DNA from: Candidatus Latescibacterota bacterium
GTDB lineage: Bacteria; Latescibacterota; UBA2968; UBA8231
Direction of reading: 5' to 3'
Assembly: GCA_965203175.1 (NCBI GenBank)
Contig: OZ241867.1
Coordinates: 512,001-576,000, forward strand
DNA: 64,000 bases
Shown: piece after piece, positions 28,216 through 35,961 of the stretch
How positions within the stretch are numbered: the stretch's first letter is position 1
Layout of the letters: each line of letters starts with the position of its first letter
The notes under the pieces: model-generated
Databases searched by the model: none
Told to the model about the DNA's origin: nothing
The model's input: only the letters and a program-made list of their open reading frames with translations
Translations under genes and position numbers: made by a program

Positions 28216-29375
28216 GGCGTTGTTGCATGAATCATATCTGGGGCATCATTGTCGAATGTTGTTTTTTGTTCAGTTGATTTTTTCTACTCGATACGACTGG
28301 GGTTTGCCCACATGGATCATTCGATTGAGGAGGGCACAGCCGAGGCGACTTTCGACCTGTTGGTTGATCCAGCTACGCGCCTTCAGCTTGTCGCCGATGA
28401 GGTGCTTATAGCGATAGATTTGCGTTTCGGCCAACGAGCGTCGATGATAGCCACTGGCCTGTTTCCACTCCTTGCGTCCCTTTCGTCGTATGGCCCGCAG
28501 GATTTCATCGCGCGCCAACGGGGGGACCTTACAATTACCATGCTGATGGATTGTAGCGTCTTTGCGCAGTGCGATGATCGGCCGAATCGAGGGATCACTC
28601 CGCGTGGCCAAGGCGTCGAACACCTTCTGTTTGTCATAGGCCCCATCGCCGCCTACCGCCTCCACCGCCTCGTCGACTTGGGTCAACAGAGGGGCCACCT
28701 GCGAGGCATCATCGATCCGATGGGACGTCAACGTCTGCGCGACCACCTCGCCGGTGGCCTCGTTGACCCCCACATGCAGTTTGCGCCACGTGCGCCGTTT
28801 GGTCCAGCCGTGTTGACGGACTTTCCTCTCGCCCTCGCCATAGACTTTCAAACCCGTCGAATCCACTACCAAGTGCATCGGGCTAGCCGGGCTATCGGGC
28901 TGCTTTTTCGGCAACTCCACCGCCAAGGCCCCTTGGCGACGCGACAAGGTCGAGTAGTCCGGCACGGCCAAGGCCAACCCCATCAAGTCCAACAGCGATT
29001 GGATAAACCCCTGCGTCTGGCGCAACGGCAACCCAAGCAACACCCGCATCGTCAACATCCATTCAATCGCTGGATCCGAATAGACAAACTGAGCACCCCG
29101 TTGCGATGGCCCCTGAGCATACCATTGCTTCCACAGACCATCGTCCAGCCACACCGTCAGGCTACCACGAGCCACCAACGCCCGATTATACGACGACCAA
29201 TTCTTAACCCGATACACCGGTTGCGACTTGACCGAGGGCGAACTGCCAGATACTTTGCTCATCACAGGCTCTTTGGGAAGAAAGGAACGTGTTTCTTGCT
29301 GGAAACCACGAACCAATCTAACCGAAGAGCCTGACTCATTTCAAGACCCGAACACAGCTTTCATGCAACAACGCC
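28216..29375 (-). mobile_element. IS5-family (IS903 group) insertion sequence, 1160 bp
   Basis: 16-bp perfect terminal IRs GGCGTTGTTGCATGAA (28216-28231) and TTCATGCAACAACGCC (29360-29375). No target duplication. Confidence 0.92.
28270..29262 (-). CDS. IS903-group DDE transposase
   Basis: NWSSYNRALVARGSLTVW, VPDYSTLSRR, VDSTGLKVYGEG, WRKLH, DGAYD, YHRRSLAET. Confidence 0.93.
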   Translation of the reverse strand: MSKVSGSSPSVKSQPVYRVKNWSSYNRALVARGSLTVWLDDGLWKQWYAQGPSQRGAQFVYSDPAIEWMLTMRVLLGLPLRQTQGFIQSLLDLMGLALAVPDYSTLSRRQGALAVELPKKQPDSPASPMHLVVDSTGLKVYGEGERKVRQHGWTKRRTWRKLHVGVNEATGEVVAQTLTSHRIDDASQVAPLLTQVDEAVEAVGGDGAYDKQKVFDALATRSDPSIRPIIALRKDATIHQHGNCKVPPLARDEILRAIRRKGRKEWKQASGYHRRSLAETQIYRYKHLIGDKLKARSWINQQVESRLGCALLNRMIHVGKPQSYRVEKIN

Positions 29376-29823
29376 GTTTGCAACTATAATCATTCAATGT
29401 ATCAATATTAGCAATAACTGGGCCAGTTTCGCTCTCTACAAGGACAGTTGCGTTGCGCTTCACAGCGTCTCTGCTGAGTACTTGGGTTGATCTGACGGCC
29501 GTTTCGTGCAGGAAGGGCAAGTGGCGCTTGATCTTTGCGGGTGTGAGAGGAAGGGATAGTGGCGAGATTTCGACTTCGTGCCGAGCCTGAATGGGGTGAA
29601 GCGAAAACTCGACGTTGTGCAATATTTCGGGATTGGCGAACTCAGGCACTGAGCGCTCAATGACTACATGGTCACGGAGATTCCAAGTGTGAAGAGTATA
29701 AAACGTAATGATCTCGACGAGCGTTCCCAAAGCACGGCCTGCGGCTTTCTTTTTGTCCTTGGCGTACTCAAAGACCGTGTCCGCCAGAGTTTTTTGAAGT
29801 GCATCGACTGACTCAAAAGCCAA
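29376..29823 (-). pseudogene. 5' fragment of an unknown, restriction-endonuclease-like gene truncated by IS
   Basis: TTG start after AGGAG. The ORF runs into the IS end. Lower GC. GRALGTLVE helix motif recalls PD-(D/E)xK enzymes. Confidence 0.5.
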
Positions 29824-29917
29824 TAGGTTTCTCCTAGCTTGTTTCGCCCATACTGTCTAAATATAGAGGTCCGCCACGGTTTGCCTGCGTCGTTTGTCCG
29901 GAGCGTAACGTGACTGC

Positions 29918-31414
29918 CTAACGGCGATACTGATCGAGCGCCCCTCGCCTTGGATCGAAAGTCGTATGGTGGTTCCACGAGGCGTCGTGCTTGTACATCA
30001 CGTCCCGGATTAGGCGGCGGCGATAGAGGCTGTCGAGATTGTCGGTAGCCATTTTATCGGGGTCAAAGCGGTCGAGGATCAGCTCGCGTAGGCGCGTTTC
30101 AGTTGTAGCATGCTCGGCTGCACCAGCGAGGTTGTTCCACTCGCCGGGATCGCTCTCCAAGTCAAAAAGCTGCGGCTGGTGGCCGTGAATGTAATTGTAT
30201 TTGAATTGGCCCTCGCGGACCATGATGCAAGGCGCGCCCACCGCTTCGTGGGCTTGAGCGAAAATATGGCGTCCCGCTTGCTGACCCTCAATGATCGGCA
30301 GGAGGCTGGTGCCATCGTGGGGCAAGCTCGCCTCGGCACCGGCTAACTCGCAAAACGTCGGCAGCAGGTCGAGGAGCGATGTCGGCGTCTCGACAGTGGT
30401 GCCGGCCTGCCACTGGTCGGGGAAGCGGACGATGAGGGGGACGCGGCACGACCACTCGTAAAAACAGCGCTTCTGCACCATTTCCTTTTCACACAGCATG
30501 TCGCCGTGGTCGGAGGTAAAGACCACGACCGTATTGTCGAGCAGGCCCGTTTCCTCCAACGTCGCCAGCAGGCCACCGACCTTGTCGTCGAGGTACGTCA
30601 CCAAGCCGTAGTACGCGCGGCGCAGACGGCGCAGGCTCTCGGGATCGCGCAAGTCGAAGCGGCGGGTGCCGTGGTAGGCATTGAGCCAGCGATCCATCGC
30701 CGAGTAGGTCTCATCGAGATTGGCCGGGAATTCGGGGATGGCGATCTCGGTGTCGGCATAGCGATCCCAGTACGCCTGCGGCGGATGGAACGGCTCGTGT
30801 GGGTGGTGGAAAGAGGCGCAGAGCAAGAAGGGGGTATCGCCGCGTTGGGCGCGGAGGTATTCGACGGCGCGGAAGTGCGTCTCTTCGTCGTAGCTGAGAG
30901 CGTTGTGCCAGAAGTTGACGCGCACGGCTTGGCCAGTGTAGCCACCGGCGTTATACGTGGGACGGCTGTCCATGACCTCTTCGTAGTCTTCCCCCTTCGT
31001 CTCCTTAATGCGAATCCACTCTTCCTTGACCCACGAAAAGTCGGGCGGGTAAATGTCGGTCGTCAGCCGACGGTGAAAGCCGTGTACCTGGTCGGGGCCG
31101 ACGAAGTGCATCTTGCCCGAAAGCACGGTGTCGTAACCCGCGTTGCTGAGATAGTGGGCATACGACGGCACGTCCGCGGCCAAAAGCGCGCCGTTGTCCC
31201 AAGCACCGATCTCGGATGCGTGGCGTCCGGTGGTGATGCAAGCACGGCCTGGAGCACACAGGGGGAACGGAGTATAGGCCGAGTCAAAGCGAACGCCTTC
31301 GGCAGCGAGGCGATTCAAGTGCGGCGTCTGGACGACTGGATGGCCGTAGGCACCGGTCAGAGCGGCGATGAGCTGATCGGACATTATGAAGAGGATGTTG
31401 GGTCGGTCGGACAT
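29918..31414 (-). CDS. Sulfatase (choline-sulfatase-like)
   Basis: RPNILFIMSDQ, CAPGRA (CxPxR), GKMHF, HPHEP, SDHGDML. Confidence 0.92.
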   Translation of the reverse strand: MSDRPNILFIMSDQLIAALTGAYGHPVVQTPHLNRLAAEGVRFDSAYTPFPLCAPGRACITTGRHASEIGAWDNGALLAADVPSYAHYLSNAGYDTVLSGKMHFVGPDQVHGFHRRLTTDIYPPDFSWVKEEWIRIKETKGEDYEEVMDSRPTYNAGGYTGQAVRVNFWHNALSYDEETHFRAVEYLRAQRGDTPFLLCASFHHPHEPFHPPQAYWDRYADTEIAIPEFPANLDETYSAMDRWLNAYHGTRRFDLRDPESLRRLRRAYYGLVTYLDDKVGGLLATLEETGLLDNTVVVFTSDHGDMLCEKEMVQKRCFYEWSCRVPLIVRFPDQWQAGTTVETPTSLLDLLPTFCELAGAEASLPHDGTSLLPIIEGQQAGRHIFAQAHEAVGAPCIMVREGQFKYNYIHGHQPQLFDLESDPGEWNNLAGAAEHATTETRLRELILDRFDPDKMATDNLDSLYRRRLIRDVMYKHDASWNHHTTFDPRRGALDQYRR

Positions 31415-31448
31415 GGTTTGAGCTTTCGGGTGAAAGGGAAAGAAAGGC

Positions 31449-32420
31449 TTACAGGAATTTTTTTACATAGGCGACCGAACGTTCGAACTGCTCCATCTCA
31501 TAAGCAACCCGAACGTCCGCACTCTCGCCGCGCTCGTGCGGCGTCTGCCAATCGTCTGGATCGCCAGCCGCCTGATGCAGAGTGCGGATGGCATGTATTG
31601 TCTCGTGGAGAGGTCGCTCGGGAAAAGTCGCCCACCAGTCGTCTTCCAAAAGGCGAATGTGCCGGGCGACGCTCGCACCGAGTTCAATGCAGCCCTGGAT
31701 ATGCGGCACCTCGCGGTCGAATAGCGCAATTATCTCCGGCCAATCGACGACCCCGTCGCCGATGGCGCAGCGCTTGAGGCGATAGCCCGAAGGCGTGGGG
31801 TGGACCGTGTAGTCCTTGATGTGGACGTGCTTGAGGATCGGCAAGATGCGCTCGGCAAACGCTAAGGGATGCTCGCCGACGGCAAAGGCATTGCCTACGT
31901 CCATGGTGACGCCCAGTTGCGGACTGCCGACCTTTTCGCACAGCGACAGCAATTCCCACGAACTCAAATCCTGGTGGTTCTCAATGCCCACTGGGATGCC
32001 GTATTCCTCGGCAAGCGGCATGACTTCCTTGAAGGGCTGCACTAGGGCTTCGATGTAGTCCCGCATCCCCTCGGCACCATACTTGGTGCGGTTGCCTTCG
32101 AGGAGGCGGCTGATGGTCGTGCGCACGGCGCGGGCACCAGTTTGGTGCGCCGTCTCAATGGCTTGGCGCAGCGGCGAGATGTCTGCGGCGTAGTTGTCAC
32201 CGCCCGTGTCCAAAAACAGGTCGAAACCAGCGCGCGTCTCGGCAAAAACCGCTCGCTCCTCGGGCGAGCAGTCGCCCAGCCATTGGGACGCAAATTCGAC
32301 GCTGTGGAGGCCGTTGTCGCGGGCCAAGCGCGTCAGGCCCTCGGGAGTATGGGGGTCAATGGCACGGCCAGCTTCTTTGTGAGCGCCGGTAAAGCTCCAG
32401 GCGCAGAGTCCGATGTTCAC
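31449..32420 (-). CDS. Sugar phosphate isomerase/epimerase family
   Basis: IENHQD, TMDVGN, HVHIKD, IGDGVVDW. Confidence 0.87.
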   Translation of the reverse strand: MNIGLCAWSFTGAHKEAGRAIDPHTPEGLTRLARDNGLHSVEFASQWLGDCSPEERAVFAETRAGFDLFLDTGGDNYAADISPLRQAIETAHQTGARAVRTTISRLLEGNRTKYGAEGMRDYIEALVQPFKEVMPLAEEYGIPVGIENHQDLSSWELLSLCEKVGSPQLGVTMDVGNAFAVGEHPLAFAERILPILKHVHIKDYTVHPTPSGYRLKRCAIGDGVVDWPEIIALFDREVPHIQGCIELGASVARHIRLLEDDWWATFPERPLHETIHAIRTLHQAAGDPDDWQTPHERGESADVRVAYEMEQFERSVAYVKKFL

Positions 32421-32447
32421 AGCATTCCTCTTTTGATTGGGTATAGC

Positions 32448-33776
32448 TTATAGCTTCGCCTGCAAGTAGGGCACCAATTCGTCGTCTTTTTTGTCTTCGC
32501 TCGATCCATCGCGCATGTCCTTCACCTGCCAGACGCCTTTCTCCAATTCGTCCGGGCCGCCAATCAGGGCAATGGGAAAGCCCTTGCGGTCGGCGTATTT
32601 GAGTTGCCGACCCATGCCCTTGGCCTCTGGATACAGCTCGGTGCGGAGACCGGCTTGGCGGAGACGGCGCGCGAGGGCGATGTAGGACGATAGGGCTTCG
32701 GCGGAAAATTGGACGATGAAGATATCCGCCGATGTAGCGGCACCCTGCAAAAGTCCCAACTCCTCCATCGCGGCCATCAGCCGGTCTAAACCCAGAGAGG
32801 CCCCAACGCCGGGCAGGTGCTGCTTGGTGTAGAGACCGGCCAAATCGTCGTAGCGTCCACCGCTACAGACCGAGCCGATCGCCGGCAGATCGCCGAGCAA
32901 GGTCTCATAGACGGTGCCAGTGTAGTAATCGAGGCCGCGGGCGATGGACAGGTCGATCACCAAACGATCTTTGGGAAACCCAGCACCCTCAAAGGCGTCC
33001 ACGAGTTGGCGCAGGTTAGCAATCCCCTCGGCGGCGCGGTCGTTGTCGCCGCAGGAACGTTCTATCTGGTCGAGTATCTCGGCATTCGCACCCGCAGTCT
33101 GCACCGTCGCCAGAATATGTTTGGCCTGTTCGCCAGAAACCGAAGCCGTCTCGCTCATCTCGGCGGCGACCTTTTCCGCGCCAATTTTCTGCAGCTTGTC
33201 GAGGGCGCGAAGGATAGCTGCCGACGCCTCGGCCAAACCGAGCGATTCAAGCAGACCATTGAGGACTAGGCGATTGTTGACGTGGATGGCAAAGCGCTCA
33301 AAGCCCAAGGCCGCGAGCAAATCGTGGATGACGAGCACCGTTTCAATATCCGAGGCATTGGCGTCGGTGCCGATGGTGTCAAAATCGCACTGATAGAACT
33401 CGCGGTAACGCCCGTGCTGGGTATTCTCGCCGCGCCAGACCGGGCCGATGTGGTAGCGCCTGAAGGGGGTGCCGAGTTGGCCGATGTGCTGGGCGGCAAA
33501 GCGGGCAAAGGGCACGGTCAGATCAAAGCGCAGAGCCACGTCGCGGCCCCCGTGATCCGCGAAGCGATACATCTGCTTATCGCTCTCGTCGCCGCCTTTA
33601 CCAGTGAGTATTTCGCTGTATTCAAGGGCGGGTGTGTCGATGGGGGCGAAGCCGTAGGAGCGGAAAACCGCGCGGGCCTTGTCGATCAGCTCCTCGCGCG
33701 GCATGGCCAAGGCAGGGGGAAAGTCGCGGAAGCCCTTGAGGGTCCGCGGTGGGATCAGATCTCTTTTGTTGGACAT
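32448..33776 (-). CDS. hisS: Histidine--tRNA ligase
   Basis: LKGFRDF, LRFDLTVP, WRGENTQHGRYREFYQCDFD, RGLDYYTG, SGGRYD. Confidence 0.97.
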   Translation of the reverse strand: MSNKRDLIPPRTLKGFRDFPPALAMPREELIDKARAVFRSYGFAPIDTPALEYSEILTGKGGDESDKQMYRFADHGGRDVALRFDLTVPFARFAAQHIGQLGTPFRRYHIGPVWRGENTQHGRYREFYQCDFDTIGTDANASDIETVLVIHDLLAALGFERFAIHVNNRLVLNGLLESLGLAEASAAILRALDKLQKIGAEKVAAEMSETASVSGEQAKHILATVQTAGANAEILDQIERSCGDNDRAAEGIANLRQLVDAFEGAGFPKDRLVIDLSIARGLDYYTGTVYETLLGDLPAIGSVCSGGRYDDLAGLYTKQHLPGVGASLGLDRLMAAMEELGLLQGAATSADIFIVQFSAEALSSYIALARRLRQAGLRTELYPEAKGMGRQLKYADRKGFPIALIGGPDELEKGVWQVKDMRDGSSEDKKDDELVPYLQAKL

Positions 33777-33780
33777 AGGT

Positions 33781-34914
33781 TTACCAGTTAGTGAAGGAGC
33801 CGTCTTCACGGCGCAGGATCGGGCCGCCGAGCCATTTAAACTCGTAGTGCTCGGCCGCTTCATCGTTGAATTCTATTCCCAAACCGGGGAGCTCCGGCGG
33901 TAAGATGCACCCAGACTCATAGGGCAATTGCACCGGAAAGACATCTTCCATCACAGTGTGGCCGATGAGGCCGCCCTCTTGCACGGCGAAATTGTCGCAG
34001 GCAATGTCGAGGTGGGCACAAGCTGCGGCCGAGACTGGGCCGAGGGGATTGTGCGGGACGATTTTGATGTAGTGCGTCTCGCACCAATTGGCCACTTTGC
34101 GCGCTTCCGTCAGCCCGCCGACGATGCACAGGTCAATCCGCGCATAGTCCAGCAACTCCTCTTCGATCATCTGCCGAAACTCCCACTTGGTCGCGTAGTG
34201 TTCGCCAACGGCCAGCGGACAGCTCACGTGATGGCGCACTTGGCGATAGCTCTGAGGGTTTTCGCAGCGCAGCGGATCCTCGATGAAGAAGGGATCGTAT
34301 TCCTCAAGCTGGCGACCGAGGCGGATGGTGTCGGGCGGGTCGAGGCGGGTGTGGACGTCAATGCAGATTTCGATTTCCGGCCCAACGGCCTCGCGCGCGG
34401 CGGCAAAGTGGGCGATTGAATCGCGGACAGCCGTGCGCGGTTCGAGGATTCCATCGCGGGAAAAGACCGACATCCGCAGGTACTTCCAGCCCTCGGCGAC
34501 CCGTTCCTGAGCCGCGCGGGCTGTGTCTGCGGGCGTCTTGCCGCCGATGCCGGTGTAGCAGAAGACGCGCTCGCGCATCTTGCCGCCCAAGAGCATGTAC
34601 ACGGGTTGCCCCAGCGCCTTGCCCTTGATATCCCACAGCGCGATATCAATAGCCGACATGGCAGCCGCGTTGATCCGACCGCCGGGAAAGAAATCGACGC
34701 GGAACAGCAGTTGCCAAATGTATTCGGTGTTAAGCGGATCCAGGCCAATGATGTGGCGCTTCATGTGTTCGATAGCGCCAACGCCGGCCTGCTCCTTCCA
34801 AGTAATGCCAAACTCGCCCACACCGTACAAGCCCGCGTCGGTCTCGACTTTGACGAAGAGGTAATTGCGCGACCCGTGGCAGATCGGAAAGGTTTTGACG
34901 TCGGTGATTTTCAT
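33781..34914 (-). CDS. Mandelate racemase/muconate lactonizing family enzyme
   Basis: VKVETDAGLYGVGE, WDIKGK, DVHTR, IEDP, VGE, PHNPLGP. Confidence 0.92.
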   Translation of the reverse strand: MKITDVKTFPICHGSRNYLFVKVETDAGLYGVGEFGITWKEQAGVGAIEHMKRHIIGLDPLNTEYIWQLLFRVDFFPGGRINAAAMSAIDIALWDIKGKALGQPVYMLLGGKMRERVFCYTGIGGKTPADTARAAQERVAEGWKYLRMSVFSRDGILEPRTAVRDSIAHFAAAREAVGPEIEICIDVHTRLDPPDTIRLGRQLEEYDPFFIEDPLRCENPQSYRQVRHHVSCPLAVGEHYATKWEFRQMIEEELLDYARIDLCIVGGLTEARKVANWCETHYIKIVPHNPLGPVSAAACAHLDIACDNFAVQEGGLIGHTVMEDVFPVQLPYESGCILPPELPGLGIEFNDEAAEHYEFKWLGGPILRREDGSFTNW

Positions 34915-34957
34915 AGAGAATCTCCTTTATTAGTAGCTCCATAATATCAGGCCGCGC

Positions 34958-35848
34958 CTAGCCCAAAGCAAAGACGGCCTCGCCGACGACGATGGCCACA
35001 AGTCCCAAGAACATACCGACTTTGAGCAAGCGGCCGAGGTGGTCGTCGGCCAGCACAGCGCGTTGGCGATACAACTGCCAGAGGACGTAGCCGACCAAGA
35101 CATGGACCGGCAGCAAAGCGAGCGCGTAGAGTGCGCCGTAGATGCCCGTGAAAAACGGCATCCAAGTAAACCCAACCAAGATCAAATAAACGATAGCCAC
35201 GAGCACCCCAGCTTGGGCACGTCCCCAACGCAGAGGCAAGGTGCGCTCGCCGCGGATCTGATCCCCGGCCACGTCTTCGATGTCCTTGACAATTTCCCGC
35301 CCCAAGTGAAAGAGGAAAGCAAAGAGCGCCGGAATCCACGAGCGCCCGATATCGCCAGCGGCCAAGGCACCATAGGGGAAGGCAATAGCCCCGACAAAAG
35401 CGACGAGCACATTGCCCCACAACAGGCTGTTTTTTAAGGAAATACTATAGACGGCGAGCAAGGCGACAACGGCTAAGGCGATCAATCCATGCCAGAGGCT
35501 GAGCCAAAACGCGAGCGCACAGCCAGCTAAAGCGAGAAGCACACTTTGCATGCGGGCCGCGTTCGGGCTGAGGCGGCCGGAAGGCAAAGGGCGCAGCGGG
35601 CGATTGATGCGGTCAATGTCGATATCCATCAAATCGTTGAAGGCATTGCCGGCACCATTGATCAACGCAGCAGAAAGAGCGGCGAGCAGCATGGCGGGCC
35701 AAGCGGGGGCTTGGCCCGCGGTCAAAGCGCCAATACCGACCGAGAGCGCGGTGATCAGGCCGTTGAGCGGCCGGGGCAGGAGGAAAAAGGCGCTGAGTTG
35801 CGCCAAGAAAGTTTGTGACGAGATCGAGTAAAGGGCTTCTATTCTCAT
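34958..35848 (-). CDS. UbiA-family prenyltransferase (DGGGP synthase-like)
   Basis: NDLMDIDIDRINRPLRPLPSG, REIVKDIEDVAGD...TLP. Confidence 0.85.
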   Translation of the reverse strand: MRIEALYSISSQTFLAQLSAFFLLPRPLNGLITALSVGIGALTAGQAPAWPAMLLAALSAALINGAGNAFNDLMDIDIDRINRPLRPLPSGRLSPNAARMQSVLLALAGCALAFWLSLWHGLIALAVVALLAVYSISLKNSLLWGNVLVAFVGAIAFPYGALAAGDIGRSWIPALFAFLFHLGREIVKDIEDVAGDQIRGERTLPLRWGRAQAGVLVAIVYLILVGFTWMPFFTGIYGALYALALLPVHVLVGYVLWQLYRQRAVLADDHLGRLLKVGMFLGLVAIVVGEAVFALG

Positions 35849-35961
35849 TTAAGAAATTAGCCGCTGTCTAAAACTAGGCGGGGCCGGCACTATATAACGC
35901 GATTTCGTCTGGGCGCAGCCAAAGGACGCTGGCAAGCCTAGCGTCGTTCGGCGCACTCCTG

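Noticed and set aside
28249-29334. 361-aa ORF antisense to the transposase
   Set aside because: Antisense open frame typical of IS elements, with no recognisable motifs.
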